A DNA stretch of 64,000 nt from contig OY762964.1 of assembly GCA_963667035.1 (NCBI GenBank), positions 2,400,001 through 2,464,000 of the forward strand, given 5' to 3'. This document shows, piece after piece, positions 1-10,409 of this stretch (positions are counted from its first letter, which is position 1; every line of letters starts with the position of its first letter). A program made the position numbers and the translations under genes. The notes under the pieces are model-generated. The model worked only from the letters and a program-made list of their open reading frames with translations. It was not told the origin of the DNA and made no database searches. Origin of the DNA: Candidatus Cloacimonadales bacterium. Lineage in GTDB: Bacteria; Cloacimonadota; Cloacimonadia; Cloacimonadales; JAFGVF01.

Positions 1-879
1 GGATGTGATAACAGATGTACTTACTGTGCAATACCTGGAATACGAGGAAGTCATAAATCCGTTCCGATGGAAGAGTTGGTTGAAGAGGCTAGAAAACTTG
101 CCAGTCAAGGCGTAAAAGAACTTATCGTGACTGCTCAAGATGTTACCTTTTACGGTAAAGATATTTATGGAGAGATTAGATTATCCGAACTTCTTAAGCA
201 ATTGGAAGATATTGAAGGACTTCAATGGATTAGACTCTTATATATGCATCCCGCTCATGTTACTGAAAAGCTTGTTGATACTATTGCCAAATCAGCAAAG
301 ATATTGCCTTATTTTGACATTCCACTTCAACATGCATCTGATCGAATGCTGAAATTGATGAATCGTAAAATTGATTCTCAAACTCAGTTGGATGTACTTA
401 AAATGATTAGAAAAAAGATTCCGGAAGCTGTAATAAGAACAACTTTCATGTCAGGCTTCCCGGGTGAAAAAAGGAAAGACCATCTTGAGCTACTGGAATT
501 GATTAAAGAAGTTAAGTTTGAGAGAGTAGGTGTATTCGTTTATTCGCCTGAAGAAGATACTCCCGCTATATTGCTACCGGGTAAAGTAACTCTTGCTACA
601 GCAGGAAAAAGACAAGATGAGATAATGGCATTACAGCAAGTAATCTCGGAAGAAATCATGAGTAAGTACATTGGTAAAGAGATTAATGCCATAATTGATA
701 GAGAATGCGAAGAAAAAGGTATCCTTTATGAAGCAAGAACCAAATATGATGCACCGGATATTGATGGAAATCTGTTTATTGTAAGCGGAAGTGCAAATGT
801 CGGTGACATTGTGAAAGTAAGAATAATAGATAGTTGGGAATACGACTTAATAGGTGAGATAATCTACGAAAGAAATTAA
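1..879 (+). CDS. rimO: Ribosomal protein S12 methylthiotransferase RimO (5' part outside window)
   Basis: Frame is open from base 1, reading GCDNRCTYCAIP (CxxxCxxC radical SAM). Contains WIRLLYMHP, YFDIPLQHAS, IRTTFMSGFPGE and a C-terminal TRAM domain with DAPDIDG, typical of RimO. Confidence 0.9.
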   Translation, partial: GCDNRCTYCAIPGIRGSHKSVPMEELVEEARKLASQGVKELIVTAQDVTFYGKDIYGEIRLSELLKQLEDIEGLQWIRLLYMHPAHVTEKLVDTIAKSAKILPYFDIPLQHASDRMLKLMNRKIDSQTQLDVLKMIRKKIPEAVIRTTFMSGFPGEKRKDHLELLELIKEVKFERVGVFVYSPEEDTPAILLPGKVTLATAGKRQDEIMALQQVISEEIMSKYIGKEINAIIDRECEEKGILYEARTKYDAPDIDGNLFIVSGSANVGDIVKVRIIDSWEYDLIGEIIYERN

Positions 880-1000
880 GTATTTTACTTTGTAACTATT
901 TATTTAGGCTTTCATTTATATTATAACCTTGACTAATAATATTAGTGAAGGAAATTCCGTAAGAAATTAAGCAAGAATTAAATAAACAAGGAGAAATGTT

Positions 1001-3031
1001 ATGCAGAGAAAGCTTTTGCTTGTAACTCTTCTAACAGTAATTATTTCTGCAAGCCTGCTTTGGAGCGTTGCAGATTCTAAACCAAACCCTGATCCCACAA
1101 CCGTATTAGTAGAATTTGATAAGGGCATGATTACTAAAGGTGAACTGGACGAGAAAATAAGTAAAATACCACCAAACTATCAAAACCGTTACAAAACTAT
1201 AAAAGGCCAGGAAGAGATTCTTCAAGGTATGATTCTTGAAGATGTATTCTACCGCAAAGCTATTGATTTGGGTATTGATAAGAATCCGGATATCATTGAA
1301 AAAATTGACATGGCTACCAGAGAACTTTACATCTCAAGCTATTACAGACAAGAGATAAAAGATAAAGTTGCTGACATTACTCCTAATGATAAGCAGAAAT
1401 ATTACATGGCTCATCTTGATGAGTTCTATGAACAACCGAATACAACTATCCTTTATATCCAAACCGAGAATGAAGAAGATGCTAATAAAGCAGTTGAAGA
1501 ACTGAAAGCAGGTAAGAGTTGGGCAGAAGTTTCCGATACTTACAATACAAACGGTTATTCAAAGAATAATAAAGGTGAGATTAAAGGAATCAGAAACAAC
1601 GGACATATTCCCGGTGTCAATAAGAATGAAGCTCTCAACAATATGATTAATGATGCTGAAGTATCTCAAGATGCTATTCATGGTCCTGAGAAAATAGACG
1701 GGGCTTATCATATCTTCAAGGTTACTAATCGTGTTGAAGGTTACCAGAAGTCATTTGAAGAAGTCGAATCAACTCTCGAAAGAAGAGTCATGTTTGACAA
1801 AGAAAAAACTTTAACAAAGGCATTATTCGATAGGCTATCCAAGAAATACAATCTCTCCGTAAATGATAAAATTGCTATGGGACTTGACCTAACAACTCCT
1901 GTTACTGATGCTGATTTGTTGAAACAAAACGTTGTTTCTTGCGATTATAGTAAGCTTAATCTCAAAGTAGAAGATGTTTATGAGATAATCAACAAAATGA
2001 GTCCTCAAGAAAAAGCAATGTATATGAAATCAACCGGAGATGATAGTTTCTTTGTTCGCTACCCAACACAGATGCTTTACATGGCTGAAGTTGAAGAAAA
2101 AGGTAAAGAAAACTTTGTTGATGAACCGGACAGATTAAGACAGATAACAAGATATTTCGTGTTAAGAGAAGTATACAAACAACTTGTAACAGACAAAATA
2201 GACGTATCCGAAGATGATTTACAGAAGTACTACCAGAATACAATAGACCGTTACAAAGTTCCCGGATACCGCTCAATCAGACTATATAAGTTTGAAAATG
2301 AAAAGAATGCCAAAAAAGCTTATAAAGCTATTCGTAAGGCAATGAAGAAAGATGCGACTAAACAGGAAGAAGCAATCAAATCTATTTATGAGAAGTATGC
2401 CGTTAATGAATTCGATAAAGGATTGATTGATAAAGTATATAGCAACGATATGGTTCTGGGGTATGGAAAAGATATTGATTTTAATAAACTAATATTCTCT
2501 ACAAATGTTGGAGAGACCACAAAACCTTTCAACTCAGCTAATGGAGACTTGTTAGTATTCTCAGTATTGAGTTCAGTAGATGATACTTATAAAGCTATAG
2601 ACGAAGTAAAGCAGGCTATAGAGAAAAATGCCAGACAAGAGAAAGAAAAAGACTTCAGAGACAAAGTAAAAGCTGAACTTATGGCTGAATACGGATATAA
2701 AGTTTATGAAGATAGACTAACAGTTAAGCTCACAGTACAAGAATTGTTCGAGATGGCTGATAATGCCATTAAGCAAAGAAAATACAATGATGCTATCGTT
2801 TATTACGATCAAATCATTAACTCTTTTGCTGACGGTGTAAATGATTACAAAGCAACATTTATGAAGGCTTTCACATATTCTGAGAACCTGAAAGATACTG
2901 AAAAAGCTGTGAAATGTTATCAGGACTTCTTAGCGAAATATCCGGAAGGAGATCTTAATGAATCCGCTAACTTCATGCTTGAACAGCTCCAAAACGGTGA
3001 AGTTAACATAGATGAACTGATTGAGAAATAA
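1001..3031 (+). CDS. Exported PpiC/SurA-like peptidyl-prolyl isomerase/chaperone with two parvulin-like units and a C-terminal TPR
   Basis: Signal peptide; AGGAG RBS; parvulin-like segments (ELKAGKSWAEVS...NKGEI); TPR-like C-terminus (YNDAIVYYDQII...YQDFLAKYP). Confidence 0.75.
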   Translation: MQRKLLLVTLLTVIISASLLWSVADSKPNPDPTTVLVEFDKGMITKGELDEKISKIPPNYQNRYKTIKGQEEILQGMILEDVFYRKAIDLGIDKNPDIIEKIDMATRELYISSYYRQEIKDKVADITPNDKQKYYMAHLDEFYEQPNTTILYIQTENEEDANKAVEELKAGKSWAEVSDTYNTNGYSKNNKGEIKGIRNNGHIPGVNKNEALNNMINDAEVSQDAIHGPEKIDGAYHIFKVTNRVEGYQKSFEEVESTLERRVMFDKEKTLTKALFDRLSKKYNLSVNDKIAMGLDLTTPVTDADLLKQNVVSCDYSKLNLKVEDVYEIINKMSPQEKAMYMKSTGDDSFFVRYPTQMLYMAEVEEKGKENFVDEPDRLRQITRYFVLREVYKQLVTDKIDVSEDDLQKYYQNTIDRYKVPGYRSIRLYKFENEKNAKKAYKAIRKAMKKDATKQEEAIKSIYEKYAVNEFDKGLIDKVYSNDMVLGYGKDIDFNKLIFSTNVGETTKPFNSANGDLLVFSVLSSVDDTYKAIDEVKQAIEKNARQEKEKDFRDKVKAELMAEYGYKVYEDRLTVKLTVQELFEMADNAIKQRKYNDAIVYYDQIINSFADGVNDYKATFMKAFTYSENLKDTEKAVKCYQDFLAKYPEGDLNESANFMLEQLQNGEVNIDELIEK

Positions 3032-3050
3032 ATATCTATTTGATATAGAT

Positions 3051-3081
3051 AAAGCCCGGCTGAATAACAGCCGGGCTTTTT
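3051..3081 (+). terminator. Intrinsic terminator
   Basis: AAAGCCCGGCTG-AATAA-CAGCCGGGCTTTTT directly after the stop codon. Confidence 0.9.
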
Positions 3082-3230
3082 GTATTTAAAATAATCTAAA
3101 GGATTTTGGACTCAAGCTTGTCATAATTATAAAGTGTCCGGAAGAGATTATGCTTTACAAAATGATGAATGTTTTATTTATGCACATAACAAATTGATAT
3201 AATTTAAATTGAGATATATTGGAGATAAGA

Positions 3231-5309
3231 ATGAAGAAACTAACTTTGCTTACTATGCTTGTTTTAGTATTTTTAACTTTAACAGCTATACCGGCTCCCC
3301 CGTTTTCGATTACTTATTCACAACCTGATGGAACAACTCTTGAGATGTTTAACAGAGGTGATGAGTATGTTCATTGGGGCGAAACTCTTGATGGATACAC
3401 AGTCCTTTCAAATGAACAAGGATACAAAGTTTATGCCCAGGTAGATAAAAACGGCGATATCTACCCAAGTGAAGTAATTGCACATAATTCAAGTTCAAGA
3501 AATACTGAAGAACTAACTTTCCTATCTAATCAAGAAAGATATTTAAACTTTAGTGATACTCAAATTGAGAGATTACTTAGTAACACAGTTGCTAACAGTC
3601 GTAATAGAATGGGTGGATTCCCAACAACAGGTGTAAACAATTTACTTGTAATACTAGCTAATTTCACTGACACTAATACAACTTATAGTGCTTCCAGTTT
3701 TAATAACCTTATGAATCAGGATAATTACTCCGGACATGGTTCTTTCAAACAATTCTACCTTGAAAACTCATGGGGTCAGTTAACAATCAATTCAACCGTT
3801 GTCGGTTGGGTTACTTTGCCACATGACCATGATTATTATGGACCTGAATCACGTTGGGGTGAATTTGCAAGAGATGCTGTACTAGCTGCTGATGCAGCCG
3901 GAGTTGACTTCTCAATATATGATAATGACGGAAACGGAACAGTTGACGGAGTAGCTATTGTTCATCAAGGTATCGGACAAGAGATTTCCGGAAGTACTGA
4001 CGATATCTGGTCTCATAATTCCCATATGACATATTACAATGTTCATCTTGATGGTGTTGAGTTAGATGCTTATACAGCACAACCGGAAAAGAACAACTGG
4101 TCAAGCATGACTACAATGGGCGTGTTTGCTCATGAAGTAGGACACAATTTAGGAGCTCCCGATTTCTACGATACAGACTATCAGACAGGTGGGAACTATG
4201 TTGGAACAGGAGAATGGGACATTATGGCTGATGGAAGTTATAATGGCTACCCCAATGGCTCTGAGCCGGCTCACCATAATCCATGGACTAAAATATTCTA
4301 TGGCTGGACAGCTGCTACTGTTTTAGATGAAGCAGGAGACTATGCTTTAGCTTCAAGTAACTCAGACCCAACTATCTATAGAATCAATACAAGAACAGAT
4401 AATGAATATTTCTTACTTGAAAATAGACAGCAAACCGGGTTTAACGGTGATGTACCTTACCATGGTATGCTGATTTTCCATGCAGATGGAAATCATATTG
4501 CCCAACACATGTCAGCTAATGATATTAATGTAGATTCACATCAAGGTTTCAGAATTCGCTCTGCTTATGGGGGAGTCAATAGTTCAGGAGCTCCTTTCCC
4601 AGGAACTCATGGTGAAAGAGAGTTTGATGACACTACAAACCCGAATGCTCTTAGTTGGGCAGGAGAAGAGACAAACAGACCTATAAGTCAGATTACGGAA
4701 TCAGGTGGAGTAATTACATTCCATATGGGCTTTGAGTTCCCTTCCGAAACTCCACAATGGCTTGAAGCTAATGTTAATGATTCCGAAGTTTCTTTAGCTT
4801 GGCAATACCCACAAGTATTAACAAACTTAATGGGCTATGCTATCTATAGAAATGATCAATTTCATGATATTATTGCTGACCTCACTCAGATTAATTACAC
4901 AGATTCTAATGTTCCGGATGGAACCTATGAATACTATATTGTTTCTTTAACCAATGAAGGTGAGTCAGATCCTTCAAACTTAGTAACTGTTCAGGTTGGA
5001 ACTAGTTCTGTGAATGATAATGTCAATCTTACTCAAACTACTTTGTTAGGAAACTATCCTAATCCTTTTAATCCTACAACAACTATCTCCTTCTACGTTA
5101 ACAATAGAACTGATGTAGAACTTGATATCTACAATGTTAAAGGTGAAAAAGTAAGAACTTTCAATGCTACCGGAATAGGTGCAGGAAATCATAGTTTTGT
5201 ATGGGAAGGTTTAAGTGACAGCGGGAGAGTACAACCTTCCGGTGTATATTTCTATAAACTCAAAGCCGGAACCTATACAAAAACAAGAAAGATGATACTG
5301 ATTAAGTAA
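3231..5309 (+). CDS. M6-family (immune inhibitor A-like) metalloprotease with Fn3-like domain and T9SS-type C-terminal sorting domain
   Basis: Signal peptide MKKLTLL after GGAG; pro-domain QPDG..RGDE; zinc motif HEVGHNLGAPDFYD; WDIMADGSYNG; C-terminal NYPNPFNPTT...SGVYFYKL...KMILIK. Confidence 0.9.
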   Translation: MKKLTLLTMLVLVFLTLTAIPAPPFSITYSQPDGTTLEMFNRGDEYVHWGETLDGYTVLSNEQGYKVYAQVDKNGDIYPSEVIAHNSSSRNTEELTFLSNQERYLNFSDTQIERLLSNTVANSRNRMGGFPTTGVNNLLVILANFTDTNTTYSASSFNNLMNQDNYSGHGSFKQFYLENSWGQLTINSTVVGWVTLPHDHDYYGPESRWGEFARDAVLAADAAGVDFSIYDNDGNGTVDGVAIVHQGIGQEISGSTDDIWSHNSHMTYYNVHLDGVELDAYTAQPEKNNWSSMTTMGVFAHEVGHNLGAPDFYDTDYQTGGNYVGTGEWDIMADGSYNGYPNGSEPAHHNPWTKIFYGWTAATVLDEAGDYALASSNSDPTIYRINTRTDNEYFLLENRQQTGFNGDVPYHGMLIFHADGNHIAQHMSANDINVDSHQGFRIRSAYGGVNSSGAPFPGTHGEREFDDTTNPNALSWAGEETNRPISQITESGGVITFHMGFEFPSETPQWLEANVNDSEVSLAWQYPQVLTNLMGYAIYRNDQFHDIIADLTQINYTDSNVPDGTYEYYIVSLTNEGESDPSNLVTVQVGTSSVNDNVNLTQTTLLGNYPNPFNPTTTISFYVNNRTDVELDIYNVKGEKVRTFNATGIGAGNHSFVWEGLSDSGRVQPSGVYFYKLKAGTYTKTRKMILIK

Positions 5310-5333
5310 TAGTCATCAATTAATATAAAACAT

Positions 5334-5360
5334 GCCCTCGAATTATCGAGGGCTTTTTTT
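5334..5360 (+). terminator. Intrinsic terminator
   Basis: GCCCTCGA-ATTA-TCGAGGGC followed by T7. Confidence 0.9.
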
Positions 5361-5442
5361 GTCAGAATAAATCTGTTGACTGATAAAATGGTAGCTATGA
5401 TATAGATAATTCGATGTATTCGAAAAGACGTTGAGGTAATTA

Positions 5443-6006
5443 ATGAAATTATTAATGCATATTTGTTGTGCTCCATGCTTTATTGCTCCATGGAAGCATT
5501 TAAAAGATAAAATTGATGTTACAGGATTTTGGTATAATCCTAATATACAACCTTATACTGAATTCAGAAAGAGGTTGGAAACACTCAGAAAGTTTTGCTC
5601 AAATGAAAATATAACACTTCTTGAAGACAATACCTATAAACTTGAAGAGTTCTTTGAAGAAGCTCTCAAAGGGCAAGAGAATAGATGCCAATACTGCTAC
5701 TTGGACAGACTGGAATCTACAGCCAAAACAGCAAATCAAAAAGGCTTTACTCACTTCTCATCTACCCTGCTCTATAGTAAGTTCCAGAATCATGAGTTAA
5801 TTGTTGAATTTGCTAAGGAACTAGCATCAAAGTATGGTATTGATTTCTATTATGAAGACTTTAGAGAATATTGGAAAGAAGGAATTGAATTGTCTAAAGA
5901 AATAGGCATGTACAGACAACAGTATTGCGGTTGTATATTTAGTGAAAGAAGCAGATATGAAGATTATTATCACCGTAAAGATGCCAAAGAGTCAGGGGGA
6001 CAATAA
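5443..6006 (+). CDS. queH: Epoxyqueuosine reductase QueH (DUF208)
   Basis: LLMHICCAPC, YNPNIQP, RCQYCY and YRQQYCGCIFS motifs. Confidence 0.92.
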   Translation: MKLLMHICCAPCFIAPWKHLKDKIDVTGFWYNPNIQPYTEFRKRLETLRKFCSNENITLLEDNTYKLEEFFEEALKGQENRCQYCYLDRLESTAKTANQKGFTHFSSTLLYSKFQNHELIVEFAKELASKYGIDFYYEDFREYWKEGIELSKEIGMYRQQYCGCIFSERSRYEDYYHRKDAKESGGQ

Positions 6007-6470
6007 TGAAGAAAGCTATTCTTTTTGTATTCATAGCTCTTTCTATTCTAATATGTAATGCCCAGGTAATCGAGAAAGCACCCGTACCATGGAAAGCCGC
6101 CACACTATCTTTTGTTCTACCGGGTGGAGGACAGATTTACAATAAAAGCTACTTGAAATCAGGTGTATTCTTTTTAGCGGAAGCAACATTCTTAGGAATG
6201 TCTATTTATCATCATAATGAAATGAAAGACTTTGGAGGAAAACGAAATTCAGTCGACGAAGAAGACTTCGAGCAATATGATATTTATAATGAAGACTATG
6301 AGTTTCACTATAAGAGAAGAAATTCATATTACTGGTGGCTTGGTATAAGCATTGTAGCAAGTATTACTGATGCTTATGTAGACGCCAGTTTATGGGATTA
6401 TGATGCTAAAAAATCTAAAATTCACTTGAATATGGGCGATAAAAACATAGGATTATCCTTGAGGTTCTAA
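6006..6470 (+). CDS. DUF5683-like exported/membrane protein
   Basis: Signal peptide, PWKAATLSFVLPGGGQIYN and DAYVDASL motifs, terminal Phe. Confidence 0.7.
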   Translation: MKKAILFVFIALSILICNAQVIEKAPVPWKAATLSFVLPGGGQIYNKSYLKSGVFFLAEATFLGMSIYHHNEMKDFGGKRNSVDEEDFEQYDIYNEDYEFHYKRRNSYYWWLGISIVASITDAYVDASLWDYDAKKSKIHLNMGDKNIGLSLRF

Positions 6471-6940
6471 TGGAATACTTAACTTGGTTAGAGACTGATT
6501 TCGGGACATTTGCAATAGTTGGTAACGATGAAGCTGTTACCGAGATAGGATTTAACTATGTCCCGGCTCCACCTGCAATACCTTATCATGAGATTGAGAA
6601 TGAGAATTTACAGTTAACTGTAAAAGAACTAAAATTATACTTCTCGGGTAAACTAAAGAAATTCACATGCAATATTGCTCCTGAAGGGACAGCCTTTCAG
6701 AAGTCCGTTTGGAAAGCTACCTGTGAGATACCTTATGGCAAGTTTATGTACTATTCAGATATTGCTATTGCTATCGGTAAACCAAACTCTGCTCGAGCTG
6801 TCGGAACAGCATTGAACAAAACTCCAACTCCAATCATTATCCCCTGTCATAGGGTAATTGGAAAGGGAGGAATCACAGGTTATGCCGGTAGTCCTTCAAC
6901 AAGATTAAAGCTATTACAACTTGAAGGTGCAAATGTTTAA
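6470..6940 (+). CDS. ogt: Methylated-DNA--protein-cysteine methyltransferase
   Basis: GTAFQKSVW, IPYG, ARAVG and active-site IPCHRVI. Confidence 0.92.
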   Translation: MEYLTWLETDFGTFAIVGNDEAVTEIGFNYVPAPPAIPYHEIENENLQLTVKELKLYFSGKLKKFTCNIAPEGTAFQKSVWKATCEIPYGKFMYYSDIAIAIGKPNSARAVGTALNKTPTPIIIPCHRVIGKGGITGYAGSPSTRLKLLQLEGANV

Positions 6941-7910
6941 GAGATTCTTTTTAATCTCTATAATAATCATCTTGTTCATTCCTCTATTTTCTCAATACAA
7001 CTTCATAACAATCAAAGGGAATGTATCAATAATTAAATGCGATCCCACTAAGAAACAACTTGGTACATATCTCAGTATAGAGATGGATAAGCATATAACC
7101 CATTTTCAGAAACAGATGGGAGTATATCCCGATAATTCCGTTGAGTTCATCATTGCTCCATCGGAAAAATGGTATAGAAGCCACACCTCTGATAAGCAAG
7201 AAATAATCAAACAGGCAAATGCATTCTACAGTCACAGAACTAGAGCAATAATCATTAGACCACAAGCTAATCTTAAAGGGATAAAAGGCTTAAAACAGGT
7301 CTTCCTACATGAATATATTCATTATTTCATTGATAGCTACATAGATAATGCTCCCTTATGGTTTCATGAGGGTATGGCTGTTTATTTCTCGGGACAACAT
7401 AGCTTCAATATGGAAGTGGTATTCGCACATAGCTATCTGTTTGGAACAAGAGCTAGGTTGACAGATATGAGAGACTCATATCCTCAGTCTAAGAATGACT
7501 GGGAAGCTTTTTATGCGGTATCTTCTCTAGCTGTTAAAACACTTTACAAAGAGTTTAAACCCGGTTTCTTTAAATTCTGGTATATAGCCGAAGAACTTAA
7601 ATCAGAGAAAAGACCTGTCCCCTTCTCAAGATTATTCAATAGTACTTTCTTCATGACAACGACAGGATTTGATAAGTATTTTGCTAGCATACAAAAGAAT
7701 ACTTTCTTGGGACATCTGTTTGGAGTATCGGCTAGTTTAGTAGGTCCATTGCTAACAGTATTTTTAATAATTGCTTATATAAAGAAACGTAAAAAATACA
7801 AACTATTGGTTAAACAATTGGAAGAGGAGGAACAGCATGAGGAATCCCTTGTCGGAAGAGATTCAATACCTGAAAGGTGTAGGACCGAAGAAAGCTCTCC
7901 AACTGAATAA
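6933..7910 (+). CDS. Membrane-anchored peptidase MA-like (gluzincin) protein
   Basis: N-terminal signal; HEYIH...PLWFHEGMA; C-terminal TM helix followed by KKRKK; overlaps the recG start by 74 bp. Confidence 0.7.
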   Translation: MFKRFFLISIIIILFIPLFSQYNFITIKGNVSIIKCDPTKKQLGTYLSIEMDKHITHFQKQMGVYPDNSVEFIIAPSEKWYRSHTSDKQEIIKQANAFYSHRTRAIIIRPQANLKGIKGLKQVFLHEYIHYFIDSYIDNAPLWFHEGMAVYFSGQHSFNMEVVFAHSYLFGTRARLTDMRDSYPQSKNDWEAFYAVSSLAVKTLYKEFKPGFFKFWYIAEELKSEKRPVPFSRLFNSTFFMTTTGFDKYFASIQKNTFLGHLFGVSASLVGPLLTVFLIIAYIKKRKKYKLLVKQLEEEEQHEESLVGRDSIPERCRTEESSPTE

Positions 7911-9915
7911 ACTCAATATCTTTACTGTTGAAGATTTACTGGAGTTCTTTCCGAGAGATTATATTGAGAGATCTGTTCAGAGACCAATAGGAACACTAAA
8001 TGAGGGTGAAAATGTAACCGTTATCGGTCATATAATCTCTATTGAAAAGAGAGTAACAAACCGAGGTAAAACACAGCTCAATGTTATCGTTTCCGATGGT
8101 AGCAGTAATCTCCTTTGTGTCTGGTTTCGTTTCGGACAATGGATCACCAAAGATATGGTGATTGGAAAAACTATCTGGGTAAGCGGTAGAGTAGACTATT
8201 TTAGAGAGATGCCACAAATCGTTCATCCTGAATATGAGATTATTGATGAAGAGCACGATGATGATGACTTCTGGAAATCCAGACAGGTTTTACCTATCTA
8301 CTCATTAACTGCCGACTTTAAAATGAAGCAGATGAGAAAACTCATATACACTGCTTTTGAAAAGTATCATAATAACATTGATGAAACATTACCTCAATAT
8401 ATACTGGATAAATATGGATTCCCCAATAGGAAGATTGCTCTTCAGAAAGTGCACTTTCTCACTGACGTTTCCCAAAAATGGAAGAGTAAAGCACGTTTTA
8501 TTCTTGAGGAATTCCTATATACTCAGTTACTTTGGATTCGCACAAAACAGGATTACTATCGTTCAGGGATAAATTTTAAACCAACAGGTGTTTATACTAA
8601 GAAATTGTATGCAGACCTACCATTCAATCTTACTGAAGCTCAAAAGCGAGTTATAAAGGAAATCTTCTCAGATATGTCTTCTAAAAGACAAATGAATAGA
8701 TTACTCCAAGGTGATGTTGGAGCCGGTAAAACCATTGTTACTCTATTTGCTATGCTTCTGGCAATCGAAAACGGTTATCAAGCAGTACTTCTTGCCCCAA
8801 CAGAAATACTTGCCGAACAACACTATAAGACAATCTCTAAACTTCTATCCATATTCCCCGAAGTTAAAACAGCTCTTTTAAAAGGTGGAACTTACAAAGG
8901 TAAAAAGGACACTCTTAAGTTGATCGCTTCAGGGGAAGCTATGATTATTGTAGGTACTCATGCCCTCATTCAAAAGAGTGTTGATTATTATAAAGTAGGT
9001 CTAACTGTAGTAGATGAGCAACAGCGTTTCGGAGTCCAACAGCGTGCAGAGCTTGCGAGGAAGAACGGAAGCCCTGATATGCTATATCTCTCAGCTACAC
9101 CTATCCCCCGCTCTTTAGCATTAACAGTATACGGAGACTTAGAAATCAGCGTTCTGGACGAACTGCCTCCGGGTAGAAAACCTGTTAGAACTATCTGGAA
9201 GAACGAATCAAAAAAGCATCTTGTCTACTCTGAAATAGAAAGAGAGCTTGTTAAAGGTCGACAAATTTACATTGTCTGTCCTCTGATAGAAGAAACGGAG
9301 AAATCCGATTTGCTAGCAGCAGAGACATTATACGAGTACTTATGTAATGATGTATACCCTAGATACAAAATATCGCTTCTACACGGTAGAATGAAGAATA
9401 CCGAGAAAGATGAGATAATGAATTCCTTTAAAGATAGAGCTATCGATATTCTGGTTTCAACAACTGTCATTGAAGTAGGAATCGATGTTCCCAATGCTTC
9501 CGTTATGATGATTGAACATTCCGAGAGATTCGGGCTTAGTCAACTTCATCAATTACGCGGTAGAGTGGGAAGAGGCTCGGATGAAGCTTTCTGCTATCTT
9601 ATATCATACCCCCCGATTAGCAAGATTGGTGCAGAGAGACTAAGAACAATGACAGAAACTAATGATGGTTTTGCTATTGCAGAAAAGGATTTAGAACTAA
9701 GAGGACCGGGAGAGTTTTTTGGCACTAAACAATCAGGAGTCCCTGCCTTCAAGTTTGCCAATATCATTAAAGACAAAGATCTTCTGAATGAAGCTAAGGT
9801 TTTGGCTAAAGAAATCCTGACTAACGATCCTGAATTATCATCTACCGAGAACAGACTCCTCAAGGAGTATTATGACCGCCATTATAAGCATAGGGAAAAA
9901 CTTTTCAAATATTAA
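7837..9915 (+). CDS. recG: ATP-dependent DNA helicase RecG
   Basis: LKGVGPK, wedge/OB domain, QGDVGAGKT, DEQQRFG, SATPIPR, QLRGRVGRG, DLELRGPGE. Confidence 0.97.
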   Translation: MRNPLSEEIQYLKGVGPKKALQLNKLNIFTVEDLLEFFPRDYIERSVQRPIGTLNEGENVTVIGHIISIEKRVTNRGKTQLNVIVSDGSSNLLCVWFRFGQWITKDMVIGKTIWVSGRVDYFREMPQIVHPEYEIIDEEHDDDDFWKSRQVLPIYSLTADFKMKQMRKLIYTAFEKYHNNIDETLPQYILDKYGFPNRKIALQKVHFLTDVSQKWKSKARFILEEFLYTQLLWIRTKQDYYRSGINFKPTGVYTKKLYADLPFNLTEAQKRVIKEIFSDMSSKRQMNRLLQGDVGAGKTIVTLFAMLLAIENGYQAVLLAPTEILAEQHYKTISKLLSIFPEVKTALLKGGTYKGKKDTLKLIASGEAMIIVGTHALIQKSVDYYKVGLTVVDEQQRFGVQQRAELARKNGSPDMLYLSATPIPRSLALTVYGDLEISVLDELPPGRKPVRTIWKNESKKHLVYSEIERELVKGRQIYIVCPLIEETEKSDLLAAETLYEYLCNDVYPRYKISLLHGRMKNTEKDEIMNSFKDRAIDILVSTTVIEVGIDVPNASVMMIEHSERFGLSQLHQLRGRVGRGSDEAFCYLISYPPISKIGAERLRTMTETNDGFAIAEKDLELRGPGEFFGTKQSGVPAFKFANIIKDKDLLNEAKVLAKEILTNDPELSSTENRLLKEYYDRHYKHREKLFKY

Positions 9916-10047
9916 TTCATAGCAGCTATTGAATTAATAATATCAACCATATTATCAATATTATTAATGTTAGCATTAATATTCTTAACTATTTTCTTGA
10001 CATATTTTGTATTGCAATATACTTTAGCCTCATTAATGGAGGCAATA

Positions 10048-10407
10048 ATGAAAAAAGATACACTTTTAGCCTGCCCTGTATGTGAACATGACTTGGAAAT
10101 AGTAAGATACAGATGCCCTAGCTGTAATACTACAATAGACGGAAAGTTTAAGCCTTCCGGGCTTAGTGGATTAACAAGCAGCCAGCAGGAATTCGTAACT
10201 ATCTTCATGCTTGCAGAGGGTAATATTAAGGAAGTAGAAAAGCAATTAAACATATCATATCCAACTGTAAAAGCAAGATTAAAAGAAATCAAAGCCGTGT
10301 TACAATCACCGAGAAAAGAAGATGATTTACTTCTGATTCTCGAAGGGATTGAGGACGGAGAGCTCAGTGTAGATGATGCAATAGCAAAAATAGAGAAAAG
10401 GAGATAA
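10048..10407 (+). CDS. DUF2089 family zinc-ribbon/HTH protein
   Basis: GGAGG RBS; CPVC..CPSC; GNIKEVEKQLNISYPTVKARL; SHOCT-like tail. Confidence 0.85.
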   Translation: MKKDTLLACPVCEHDLEIVRYRCPSCNTTIDGKFKPSGLSGLTSSQQEFVTIFMLAEGNIKEVEKQLNISYPTVKARLKEIKAVLQSPRKEDDLLLILEGIEDGELSVDDAIAKIEKRR

Positions 10408-10409
10408 CA